Below are positions 24,335 to 36,685 of a DNA stretch of 64,000 nucleotides, piece by piece (the first letter of the stretch is position 1; each line of letters starts with the position of its first letter). The translations under genes were made by a program, and so were the position numbers. The notes below the pieces were generated by a model. That model was not told where the DNA came from, ran no database searches, and worked only from the letters and a program-made list of their open reading frames with translations. The DNA is from Octopus sinensis (lineage: Eukaryota): NCBI RefSeq assembly GCF_006345805.1, contig NC_043019.1, positions 2,542,001-2,606,000 on the forward strand. The letters run 5' to 3'.

Positions 24335-24668
24335 ACGTGGCCGTTGCCAGCGCCACCCCGACAGGCCTCCGTGCCGATGACATGTAAAAAGCACCATCTG
24401 ATCATGGCCGTTGCAGCCTCGCCTGGCCCCCATACCGGTGGCACGTAAAAAGCACCATCCGATTGTGGCCGTTTGCCAGCCTCGTCTGGCATGTAAAAAG
24501 CACCCACTACACTCACGGAGTGGTTGGCATTAGGAAGGGCATCCAGCTGTAGAAACATTGCCAGATCAGACTGGACCTGGTGCAGCCTTCTGGCTTCCCA
24601 GACCCCAGTTGAACCGTCCAACCCATGCTAGCATGGAAAGCGGATGCTAAATGATGATGATGATGATG
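24335..24668 (+). mobile_element. (GAT)n-tailed retroposon, family D
   Basis: GGTTGGCATTAGGAAGGGCATCCAGCTGTAGAAAC..CCCATGCTAGCATGGAAAGCGG..(GAT)n. Confidence 0.8.
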
Positions 24669-24794
24669 ATTTGCTTCAAACTATAAATGGAAGGACGTAC
24701 TGGAAAATGAAGCCCTAGAATGCCTTGTCTAAAAACAGATGGAACAATTATAGCTAAGACACTTTCATCATAGGTCTGCTTGTTTAGAGCTGAC

Positions 24795-24897
24795 CTGAGG
24801 TTAAACAACATCAAGCTTCTTAGTTTTAATTTGTGTGCCCTGGAATTAGTGATATTCCTTAAGACGTTGTCCTGCCCTGCCATTTCACATCTAGTAC
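24795..24897 (-). CDS. Candidate coding exon (..EMAGQDNVLRNITNSRAHKLKLRSLMLFNL)
   Basis: Minus-strand acceptor GTTATTTTTTGTTTCCTAG and donor CAG|GTCAGC; one open frame; CpG-poor context. Confidence 0.35.
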
Positions 24898-25781
24898 CTA
24901 GGAAACAAAAAATAACTCAAGAAACTGTAATTCAATTTGGTTTCACAATTTTGCAACCAAGGCCAACGAATTCAATGGTGAGGATAAGTCGATTACATTG
25001 ATTACTTACTCACTGGTACTTATTTTTTATCAGCCCCAAAAGGATGAAAGGCAATCAGACCTCATCGGAATTTGAAGGTTTAGGGTGTAAGACAGATGAA
25101 ATGCCACTCAGTCCTTTCGCCTGGCATGCTAACCATCATTCTTATGGCTTGGATGGATGAACCAATGATAGGGCTGTTATGTGGTCATTCTGCTTGCTAG
25201 AAATTGCAGTCAGATCTTCAATTTATATCTTATTGCCTTAAAGAAAGGACACTAGTTACTGTCATCTTATATAAACAAGATTGTAAGAAAGATGGGATGG
25301 TCATGGGTGGAGTACTTTTGGCTACAAATTGGATCTTTTCAGTCACTGTCAAAGATACAGAAATTTTAAAATTTTGTTCCAATTGTTTTCAGATTTGGTT
25401 ATACTGGTTTAGTTTTGAATGCTAATTATGAAAATGAAATACATTTTTGCCATAGGTTAATAAATAAAAAAATTAATAAGCTTTTAAAGTTTGTAAATAC
25501 TAGGTAATTTTAGCCAATCAATATAAGCATTGGTGTGTTTCCATAGTAAAAGCAATGCTGTATTCACTGTTTTCACTATAACAAGGATGCTGTACTTAGC
25601 ATGACTGTGACACTTTCATCACTGCAACCACTACCACAAGTTTTGACAAGCGATATCATCTTGTGTCTGTTGTTATATCTATCATTTTGTGATAGCTATC
25701 CTGCAGAAAGTGCCCAGCTTCCAATACCTGTTCTTTGATTGGACTTAAAATGATCAAACTTTGAACCTCAGTAACAGTTTT

Positions 25782-26188
25782 GGATCTTTTCGGTTTGAAC
25801 GGCAGTTTTTTAAAATAATTTCCATGTAACTAAACACTTTTAAACTTCGTATACTGGTAGAATGTGTTTATAAACATCTTTTTCTCTTGGCTTTATTGAG
25901 AAAATTCTATAGTTTATAAGATATTTGTTAGGTTTTTTTTTCTTCAATTTCTGCAATTTCAACCAATCAATGACGTCTATTGAGGTGAAAAGCATTCTGT
26001 GCCGTATGAATATGTCCCTCGTTTAAGAAACAGATTGGGTTTATTTACATTTCTGAAAAAAAAAAATGATACCCTTCCCCCTAACCCTAAAACATTGAAA
26101 TGCAATAGATCGATACTAGGGTCATAATTATGGGTGACAATTTCATATGACACCGCTAGAAAAACTGCCATTCAAACCGAAAAGATCC
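25782..26188 (-). mobile_element. GGATC-MITE, full length, 8-bp TSD ACAGTTTT
   Basis: TSD at 25774-25781 and 26189-26196. Confidence 0.92.
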
Positions 26189-26676
26189 ACAGTTTTCTCA
26201 ATTTTTTAGGGAATAAATAAATCTCGAATTCAGATTCAGGGTAAAAAATAACATCAATATACCAAATTGAAGATTTTCATTTAATTTTATAATGTTCAAA
26301 TATGTGACAGCAACCGCAAAGATCCCACAAATTTGCTTGGTCTAGACCAGCTAGTGGCTAAACAACAACAGCAGTATAAGTTGTGACTGTGGTTAAACAA
26401 ATAATACTGGGGACATCTACATCGTTGCTAACCTACGAAAAACAGAAACCTAATCTCACTCAGATTATACCCTCATGCATCGGTCTTCAAAAGTGACACA
26501 TTTGTTGGATGTTGCAATCTTAGACATGCATTATATCTGGAGATAGGTTAGGTAATCGTAATTGGGACGTTTTTGACCATATTGTAACTGAGGGCTGACG
26601 TAGGAACTAGAATCTAGACATCAGTTTGATAGTAAATATAAGAACTTTTCGAGGAGACTATATGAATGGTGACAAC

Positions 26677-27092
26677 GGATCTTTTCGGTTTGAACGGCAG
26701 TTTTTTCTAGCGGTGTCATATGAAATTGTCACCCATAATTATGACCCTAGTATCGATCTATTGCATTTCAATCTGTTTTAGGGTTAGGGGTGGGGAGAAG
26801 GGTATCTTTTCTTCTTCACAAATGTAAATAAACCCAATCTGTTTCTTAAACGAGGGGCATATTCATACGGCACAGAATGTTTTTTTTTTACCTAAATAGA
26901 CGTCATTGATTGGTTGAAATTGCAGAAATTGAAGAAATTAAAGACCAAATATCTTACAAACTATAGAATTTTTTCAATAAATTCAAGAGAAAAATATGTT
27001 TTATAAACACATTCTACCAGTATACGAAGTTTAAGAGTGTTTAGTTACGTGGAAATTATGTTAAAAAACTGCCGTTCAAACCGAAAAGATCC
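26677..27092 (+). mobile_element. GGATC-MITE, full length, 8-bp TSD GTGACAAC
   Basis: TSD at 26669-26676 and 27093-27100. Confidence 0.92.
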
Positions 27093-28362
27093 GTGACAAC
27101 ATCTACATTGACGGTTGATTGGTTCGTGGAACCAATGTGTGTGTTTCTATTTTCGTCGGTGGCATGCTGACTTCTATCTAAGTTGATGACATGCTGACTT
27201 AGGGGACAACTGTGTAATAGTGTATGCTGACGGGAATTCAGTCTTTGGAGATCCTAAGCAGGTTTAAACGGTTACAAAAATAAATAAATAAAATATTTAG
27301 GGAATAGCAGAGCCATTCCGACATATTCATCAACAAAAATGTACAATGTAATACGAGATAAAGCGGGAGAAAGATAAGAGGGAGAGAGAGAGAGAGAGAG
27401 AGTGGGATAACAACTGTCAGGCGGACAGACAGACAACAGGCTAACGAACAAACTCAGACGGAAGTTGTAACCTGAGTCGATAAGCAGATGTAAAATCAAG
27501 TGAAATGTTTCACAAAAGTTAAGGTCAGCACATTCCATAGAGCTGTAAAAACTATGGAAATGTCTTATGTTGCAGTGAAATACTCAAGAAGTAGTGGGAG
27601 AGAAGAGAGTGGGGAAAGGAGAAATGTGGAGGGGGAAGAGAGTGAGAGAGAAAAAGAGCTATCGTAAACAGAAGTGGTGACACTTGCAGACGAGGCGGAC
27701 TAGTGTGACTTGTTAGTACTCTTAGTAGTCACCCCCCCCTCTCTCTCTCTTTCTCACCATACATATACGTGTGTGTGTGTGTGTGCGTGCGTTTCACTGT
27801 GAGAGGGTGGAGTAAAACATTTTGCTGAAATGTAAAAAAATATAAGATAAGAAACTTGAAAATAGAATTTCTTTAACGTGGCTTAGTCCCACTGATTTGC
27901 AAACTAAAAGCAGCCCCTTCCCCCACCCCCCCAAAATTAGTAAAATTTTTCCACCCCCTCCCTCCAAACAACTATTAGTGAAATTTTGTATCCCCCTCCA
28001 ACTTCACTGAGTTTAAAATTTAAAAAAATAAAATGTTTCCTTCTCGAGCCATGCCAGGTTCATAAGGGCCAGTTTCTCTGTTTCAGGGTTACTCATGTTT
28101 GCCATCTGAGTTAACTGGAGCAACATGAAATGAAGTGTTTTGCTTAAGAACACAATGCACCGCCCCGGTCTTAACTGAGTTTACATCCACATAATTCTTT
28201 CTTTACCATGGTTGCTGGAGAAGTAAATTTTTTTTTAACCAGCTTAATGTTATAAAACAGACAATATGTCCGCCATTTTTAAATATCTTCACACCCAGGG
28301 GCCTGTACAGCTTATGAGAATCAATGGCTTAGTTAAAAGGAAGGAAAGAGTGCAGATGTCTC

Positions 28363-28766
28363 GGATCTTTTCGGTTTGAACGGCAGTTTTTTCTAGCGGT
28401 GTCATATGAAATTGTCACCCATAATTATGACCTTAGTATCGATCTATTGCATTTCAATGTTTTAGGGTTACGGTTAGGGGTGGGGGGAAGGGTATCTTTT
28501 TTCTTCACAAATGTAAATAAACCCAATCTGTTTCTTAAATGAGGGACATTTTCATACGGCACAGAATGTTTTCACCTCAATAGACGTCATTGATTGGTTG
28601 AAATTGAAGAAAAAACAACAACAAATAGCTTACAAACTATAGAATTTTCTCAATAAAGCCAAGAGAAAAAGATATTTTATAAACACATTCTACCAGTATA
28701 AAAGTTTTAAATTTTTTAGTTACGTGGAAATTATTTTTAAAAACTGCCGTTCAAACCGAAAGATCC
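28363..28766 (+). mobile_element. GGATC-MITE, full length, no recognisable TSD
   Basis: Both TIRs present; flanks differ. Confidence 0.9.
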
Positions 28767-29163
28767 ACGGAATATGTTATGCTCAAACCGGAGACCTAGT
28801 CGAAATTCTTGCAAAAGACTTTAAAGTTTAGTGCTGGTATTAAACCGGGAAACATAGTAATCCAAAAATAAAAACAGTTCTCTCTGTTTCCGTCTGTCAG
28901 TAATTCACTTGTAAACTTCAACACGAAGCTATCCGTGTCAATACTGACTGAATTATTATTATTATTAAGGCCACGAGCTGGACAAAATGCTTTGTAGTAT
29001 TTCGCCAGTCGCTACGTTCTGAGTTCAAATTCTGCCGAGGTCGATTTTGCCTTTCATCTTTTTGGGGTCGATAAAATAAGTACTAGTTGTGCACAGGAGC
29101 CGCTGTGATCGGTTTAGTCTCTCCCTGAAATTGCTGACCTTGTACCAAAATTATTATTATTAT

Positions 29164-30270
29164 TACTTGCTGACCCTGCGCCATCAAAAATGACGGCTAA
29201 TTCTAGTATTCTATTTATAAATATGGATGGTAAAACAAATTAATACATTTGTCAATTTTATTTCATGGTTGTCTTTTGAGATGTGACATCCATCATCGTC
29301 TGTTGCAGAATGAACGCTGGTTCACACATGCAAACATTCACACTCACACACACCACACACACATTCATATAGCTCCATTTTACATACACACACATATACT
29401 CAAGAGTTGAAATGTTTCTCACTATTTAGTTTGCCATCACCCCTTCCTTATTCATCTACCATCCCTTTCTTTCTCATTCATATGTAGTGACGGATAAAAA
29501 CACCCGAGTATTATTATAAGTAGAGAAGCTGACCCCGTGCCGTCAAAAATGATGGCTAATTGTATTTTATATACAAACTAGCTCTATGACCCGGCGTTGC
29601 TGGGTCATAGTGCTAGTGCATGCATATACAACTGCGTGCGTGCGCACATACACGCGAGTGCTGTCCAAATCTCCGACCAATCACATACAGCTAGCTGGCA
29701 TTCAATTGGCGTATCAAGTTTCAGGCATTTTGATTGGGTTCTGGATAGAAAATTCACAAAAAAGTCACTTCTATTGATTTTTTAATGGCTTTGCGGGGTG
29801 ACTGGGGAAATGTAAAAACGTGCACGACCACCCTTGGACGGTTTTGAATGACCATAGAAAGTGCGAGCCCTCTAACTGAAAAATTGTGGATTTGTATAAA
29901 GGACACGCACACACACATTTTGCAGTTTATATATAGAGAGATATGGCTGGTAAATCAAGTTAATATATTTGTCAATGTTATCTAGTGGTTGTCTTTTGAG
30001 ATGTGACATCGATCATCGTTTGTTACTGAAAGAAAGCTAGTTCACACATACAAACATTCACATACTTCCCTTGTACACTCACACACATACACATATATAC
30101 TCACACAGAATTGAAACGCTATTTGATTTTTCTTTTCAGCGTTGAATGTTCACCATCCCACTTCCATTGCACACACACACACAAACACACACACACACAC
30201 ACCACAAACATTCACATACCTCTCTTTTACACACACACACATATATTCACACCGAGTTGAATACTTTTAG
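29164..30270. repeat. Tandem duplication of a unit of about 350 bp; the second unit is interrupted by a Helitron
   Basis: GCTGACCC.G.GCC.TCAAAAATGA.GGCTAATT and GGTTGTCTTTTGAGATGTGACATC each occur twice. Confidence 0.8.
29578..29941 (-). mobile_element. Non-autonomous Helitron, family H1 (second copy)
   Basis: TC...CTAG termini and A|T target; an empty-site paralogue is at about 29216-29230. Confidence 0.88.
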
Positions 30271-30377
30271 AAGATAAAGCGGCAACTGCCGCGAACTTTT
30301 TTGCTGGCTCATGCAGCTGGTTCGTTTCTTGGATTATTTCGACCGACATATTCGTTCGAAATAAATGATACACAATT

Positions 30378-30785
30378 TAATCCCAGAAAAAGGGAAACTT
30401 ATAATTTTTTACTTTTTTTTTCCCCTCTTAACGAGGACAACAGTTCAAATCCCACCCCCGCTGGGGGGCGAGACGTAGCAACAAAGCCTACAACGTTCAA
30501 AATTTTTTTTTTTTAACACAATAATAAAATATAAAATCCCCAAAAACGGGAAACCTATAATATTTTTCCCCTCACAACGAGGACAACAGTTCAAATCTCG
30601 CCCATGCTAGTGGCGGATGCCACAGTAGAGCCTACAACGGCTAAAATCTAATTTTTCTCGAAATAATAAATTACTTATCCCAAAAAACGGGAAACCTATA
30701 ATTTTTTTCCCCTCTTAATGAGGATAACAGTTCAAATGCCACCCCCACTGGGGGGGGGGGGCACGACAATAAAGCCTACAACCGC
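30378..30785. repeat. Three degenerate tandem units of about 150 bp
   Basis: ATCCC..AAAA.GGGAAAC.TATAAT..TTTTCCCCTC..AA.GAGGA.AACAGTTCAAAT...AGCCTACAAC, three times. Confidence 0.85.
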
Positions 30786-31033
30786 TTAAGTAAGTTCAAT
30801 ATTAGTAATATTAATAAGTTCAATATTAATAATTTCAATATTTCAACAATTACTTTCTCCCCTCACCGGGAAAAGGCACAAAAACATTCAAAGTCCAACA
30901 ATGTTCAACATTTCGAAAATATTCAACAATAGACAACACTTCCAATAGAGAAAATTATCCATATATATATAGATAGGTGTGTGTATGTATATAAGTATAT
31001 ATGTATGTACATAGATATATATGTATATATTAT

Positions 31034-31384
31034 GGATGCGCAATGGCCCAGTGGTTAGGGCAGCGGACTCGTGGTTATAAGATCGTGGTTTCAATTCCCA
31101 GACCGGGCGTTGAGTGTTTATTGAGCGAAAACACCTAAAGCTCCAAGAGGCTCCAGCAGGAAGTAGTGGTGAACCCTGCTGTACTCATTCACCACAACTT
31201 TCTCTCACTCTTTTTTCCTGTTGCTGTTATACCTGTATTTCAAAGGGCTAGCCTTGTCAAACTCTGTGTCACATTGAATCTCTCCAAGAAATCCGTTGTC
31301 TGTGGAGTGCTCAGCTACTTGCACGTTAATTTCACGAGCAAGCCGTTCTGTTAATCAGATCAACTGAAACCCTCGTCGTCGTAA
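31034..31384 (+). mobile_element. tRNA-Arg-derived SINE (family C)
   Basis: GGATGCGCAATGGCCCAGTGGTTAGGGCAGCGGACTCG head; body similar to 2214-2501. Confidence 0.75.
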
Positions 31385-32849
31385 TATGAGTAGGTAAGCC
31401 CGGTTTCACCCGGTCTGTTTGGATGACGTGGCTGTGATCGTTTTCGGTTAGGCATAATCTATAACAGCGTTTCTCAACCTTAGCGTTTTGGGTCCCCTGT
31501 TTCGATTGGAGCCTCCAGCTGTATGAAAATTTCCTGACTCCCCACCGCCTTGTCAGAAAACAGCTTCAGGAGATGTGAAGAACGAATTTGTACGTAGTCT
31601 GTTTCTGAGAGCTATTCTATTGGACTCTGTCTAATCATTAAAACATTGATCTAATTATGAACATAGAAAGAAATTATACATTAATCCCTATTTTTGTAAG
31701 CAGTTGTATCTGTAAAAAAATTTATTTGCAGAGAGCAGAAATTGAAAGAAGATACATGAAATGGACGTGTGTGTGCGTGTGAGCGTGCATGCTTGCGCGT
31801 GTGTATGTGAGAGAGAAAGAGAGTGAGAAAGTGAGATAGAGTGAGTGAGTGAAGGTGTGTGTCGTGATGATTGACGTCTTTTAAGGTACACACACATACA
31901 TAGAAAATGTGAGGTCGTCGTATAAAATTTTTACGATAGTTAATTTATGGAAAATATGTTAAATTTTTGAAATGCAAATAAGTGAATGAAATTTAAGTTC
32001 AGACCTCTAAATGGTAGGTATACCTGGTGCAAATAACAGCCAAATCTCCCCCAAAATACCCTAGTGTCTTAATTCTGGCCATTATGTAGTTGGAATGAGA
32101 AACTGTAACTAAATATTAAGATTGTTAACCCCACAAAGAGGTGAAAGAAGAGAGACAGCACAGTGAAAGTTTTGGTTGATTATCATCCTGTACTCCCCTT
32201 GTTGCTAGCGAAATGGTATATGCCGGCTGTGTGAGCAACATGTTGTTTTAATGGCGGAACAAACAGGGGAATTCCATTAGAAAAGTTTTAATCGATTTTC
32301 TCGGTAATTATGGGGGCTAGGAAAAAGGACAAACCGCATTCCAATCTAGGCACCCGTCTCCATATCTGTGCCATTCACGCGAACCTCAAGACAAGAAAGA
32401 ATACAACGATCGCCCATGTCCAATTTATATTATAGATATATATGTATATATATGTATATAATATGTATTTAAATATATATATATATATATATAATAAAAG
32501 GTAAAATCATAAATGATGTATATGTATACAGTCCTGTTATTATTATTATTGTTTTTTGTATTTATATTCGTGTGGCATCGTCCGTTTTTCTGTCCTTGTT
32601 TCGTATACATTCGATCCTTTCACCAAGAAATCTAATGCTCGTAGCTTAGTTTTTCCTTGGGGCTGGCCGGATCGGAGCGATCTCAAGATTAATCAGCCGA
32701 AATTGCGAGGATGATCCGGTTCTTGACTGAAGATTAGAGGCTTCGAATGACCCGTCCGTTTTTTTTCGTGTCGTCTATTTGAATGTTTTGCGTTCTTGTC
32801 CCATTTTGTATTTATATATATATTTTTTAATACATACATACATATATAT

Positions 32850-32895
<46 letters not shown>

Positions 32896-32898
<3 letters not shown>

Positions 32899-33900
32899 TA
32901 CGTTGAGGCCCAAATATTCTCAAGTTTCACTGGTCCTACTCCCGAACTATACGGCCGTTATATTGACGACTGTATCAGTGCGACCTCACTCTCCCGCGAA
33001 CATCTAGACTCCTTCCTCTCTTTTGTCAAATCTTTCCATCCTGCCCTTTCTCCTGCACTATCTCTGACACCTCTGTCTCCTTTCTTGACATTCGGTCTGC
33101 ATTCATCACTCCACTCTCACCACCTCCATCCACTACAAACACACAGACTCATACTCATACCGTAACTTCTCCTCCTCCCACCCAAGACACATCAAGTTTC
33201 CCATCCCCTATTCTCCATCTACGCAGGCTCTGTAGTGACGACCACAACTTTGAGACTCAGTCTCAACTCATGGCTGGCCACTTCATCCTATGTGGATATC
33301 CCCTCACCACTATCCATACTGCCCTTGACAGAGCACGTTCCATGGATCGTGTATCTGCTCTCTCCGTCCTGCCATCTCCCGTCTACCGTTTCCCCTCACC
33401 ACCCTACCTTCCAATGCACCATTCTCCGAGCCTTCCAGCGACTCAAGTCCGACCGCTCCACTTTGCATATCTTCCCTAACAAACGCCTCCCCTCCTTCAA
33501 ACGAGCCCACAACCTACGAGACCTCTTTGTCCACAGCTTCTTCCGTAACCCAACCTCCCAACCCGGCTCGGTCCCCTGCTCTCGCCCACACTGTCACACT
33601 TGACCTTACCTCTCCAACACCATCCTCCTCACCAGCACCCATCATCGACCCTATCACATCACCGACTCCTTCACCTGCACTTCTACCAATGTCATCTGCA
33701 TTTCCTGCTCTCTCTGCCCTTCTCTATACATCAGGCAAACAAGACACCTCCAAGACATCCGACTCGGCAATGACACCCCAGTCTCGCACCATTTCCACTC
33801 TACCAGTCACTCTTTGCAACACCTGTCTGTGTTCGGATTGTCCTTGCACAGGGGCCATCCGGACTCCTGTTTGCACCGTGAACAGGGATTAATCTTCATT
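32896..33900 (+). mobile_element. Penelope-like element remnant (RT plus GIY-YIG endonuclease)
   Basis: LYGRYIDD, FVKSFHPAL, RRLCSDDHNFETQ, SFKRAHNLRDLFVH, PGSVPCSRPHCHT and ITDSFTCTSTNVICISCSLCPSLYI; frameshifted. Confidence 0.88.
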
Positions 33901-34504
33901 CCTTTGCACCACATGGGCTCAACTCTCCTCCCCTTCCCTATCTCCCCCTCCCACCCACTTATCTTCTCTTGCTCTGACTCCTAATTCTCTTCACTCCTAC
34001 TCTCCTCACTTCTTTTCACTCCTACCTATATTTTCCCTTCCCTCATAACCCCATCTTCCCTATGCATCCCATTCCACCCCCATCCCTCACACCCACTCAC
34101 CTCACCTCTACGCCCACCCTCAGCCTACCCACATACCCCTAACCAACACCCCACACTTCCTTTCCCTATTCTCGCCTCCCCACTGCCCAACACCATCATA
34201 CCACACCACTACGCCAGACATCACCATATCACACTACACATCACATCACACCACTACATATGCACACGTCAAGGTCACCAGCCGTCTTCCAGACACACAT
34301 ACATACTCTCTTATACACTTGCATGCACACGTTCGTTTTGGGATCACCACTACTTTATTATCTTCCCTTCTTCCTAGCTCTTTTGTGCGACCCCCTCTAT
34401 CCGGCATTCACCATGATGGATCGCTAGCCACTACACATTCTTTATTTTCTCTCCTTATTTTTATACACCATCTGTCTTCACCTGTTTTTTTTTGTGATTT
34501 CTCC

Positions 34505-35070
34505 CCTATATATATGTGTATGTATATAGATATATATATGTAAACATACATATATATGAATATGTATATATATAAATATATATATATATATAAATATGTA
34601 TATATATATTTATAAAAATATGTATATAAATATGAATATGTATATATATAAATATGTATATAAATATGAATATGTCTATATATAAAATGTATATATGTAT
34701 ATGTATTATGTATATATATATATATATATACTATATTATATATAATTATAAAAATATGCATATTTCTAAAAATATGCATATAAATATGAATATGTATATA
34801 TATATATATGTAATAAATATATATATGTATATATATGTGTGTATATATGTATATATATGTGTGTATATATGTATATATATGTGTGTGTGTATATGTATAT
34901 ATATGTGTGTGTATATATGTATATATATGTGTGTGTATATATGTATGTGTGTGTGTGTATATGTATATATATGTGTGTATATATGTATATATCTATATAT
35001 ATATGTACATATATATATAAAGAGAGTGAGGGACTGAGAAAGCTCACATATTATATATATTATATAATGC
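34505..35070. repeat. Compound (TA)/(TG) microsatellite
   Basis: Directly visible; source of spurious ORFs. Confidence 0.95.
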
Positions 35071-36269
35071 ATGTCTGTATTTGTGTTTGAAAACTGGTGT
35101 TGGTTTGCTTATGTCTCTGTAACTTAGTGATTCAGTTTTAGAAACCAATAGAATATGTACCAGACTGAAAAATAAGTACTAGGGTTGATTCGTTTGATTA
35201 ATCCCTTCATTGCGTTGTCCCAGCAGGATTGCAGTCAAATGATTGAAGCAAAGAAATGATAAAGGTTTACCAGTTTCAAATGAAACCCAATCATTTAATT
35301 CAAATATTTGTTTTTTCAATTTTGTTTTACAAGGTAATTACTTGTATGTGGTGCTCTAGCTTGGATGATTAAAACAAACAAAAGTACATAATACTGAAAT
35401 AAATTCCTCAGTCTCTTATTATTACATTGTTACTACTACTGTCTCTTTACATTCTGAGTGCAAATACCGCGAGGAAAACTTTGCCTTTCATCTTGTGAGA
35501 GTCGATAGAATAAAGTACCAGTCAAGTACTAGGGTTGATATAATCAACTACCACCACCCCCAATGGCTGGACTTGGACCAAAATTTAAATCAATTTTTAC
35601 ACATCTCTCATTCCAAACAGACTCACGGAACTTTTCTTTTCTTCAAAGGTCTTTGTTCGCGATGTCAGTAAGTACACCTATCAACAATATACCAAGTTGA
35701 ATCCTTTTTACCATTATAGCAATGTGGGTGTCCCTGTGTGTGTGTTGTGTGTGTGTGTGTTCATGGTGTGTGTGTGTGTGTGTTCGTGTGTGTATGTGCA
35801 TAGGTAGGTCAGTGGTTAGATAGATATTGTATAACATTCTTGTTGCAGTATAAGTTTTGTGTGAGAATTTGTAGTTCAGTGCTCACACACACACACACAT
35901 ATTCTTACTTTAATTCGTTTGAGTTTGTTTAAACGATTATGTGCAAACTGGCGTGGAATGTAACTTTAGAGTTGAGATTTCATTGGACCAAAAAAAGAAA
36001 CAACTTCAGGCTACCAAAAGAAAAAAAAAAAAAAACCAACTTTATGCTTTTAATGATCATAACAGCAGGGAACCATACCTTCCAAGTCTCTGTTCCAAAG
36101 AAAATTGGTTTGATTGTTGCCTGTTCAAGAAAACCCACCCACACAATTTTATCGTCTAACAAACCCTAATTCCTGAAACATGGTTTACTTCAACCTATAA
36201 GAAACTTTTAATACGAATCACCAAGGAACAGCAGCTACATCTTTTACAGTTCATATCCTGCCATTTTTT

Positions 36270-36685
36270 GCATCTTTTCGGTTTGAACGGCAGTTTTTCT
36301 AGCGGTGTCATATGAAATTGTCACCCATAATTATGACCCTAGTATCGATCTATTGCATTTCAATCTGTTTTAGGGTTACAGTTAGGGGTGGGGGGAAGGG
36401 TATCTCTTTTTCTTCAGAAATGTAAATAAACCCAATCTGTTTCTTAAACGAGGGACATATTCATATGACACAGAATGTTTTCACCTCAATAGACATCATT
36501 GATTGGTTGAAATTGCAGAAATTGAAGAAAAAAAGCAACAAATATCTTACAAACTATAGAATTTTCCCAATAAAGCCAAGAGAAAAAGATGTTTTATAAA
36601 CTCATTCTACGAATATATGAAGTTTAAAAGTGTTTAGTTACGTGGAAATTATTTTAAAAAACTGCCGTTCAAACCGAAAAGATCC
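36270..36685 (+). mobile_element. GGATC-MITE, full length, 8-bp TSD CATTTTTT
   Basis: TSD at 36262-36269 and 36686-36693; the left terminus is mutated to GCATC. Confidence 0.9.

Noticed and set aside
30378-30785. CRISPR-like repeat-spacer array
   Set aside because: Whole units are homologous, there are no unique spacers or cas genes, and the context is eukaryotic.
32590-32760. Hammerhead-like pieces upstream of the Penelope remnant (GGCTG..CAGCCGAAA; CTGAAGA)
   Set aside because: The core boxes are not in the correct order with paired stems.
34408-35090. Stacked ORFs on both strands
   Set aside because: Microsatellite artefact.
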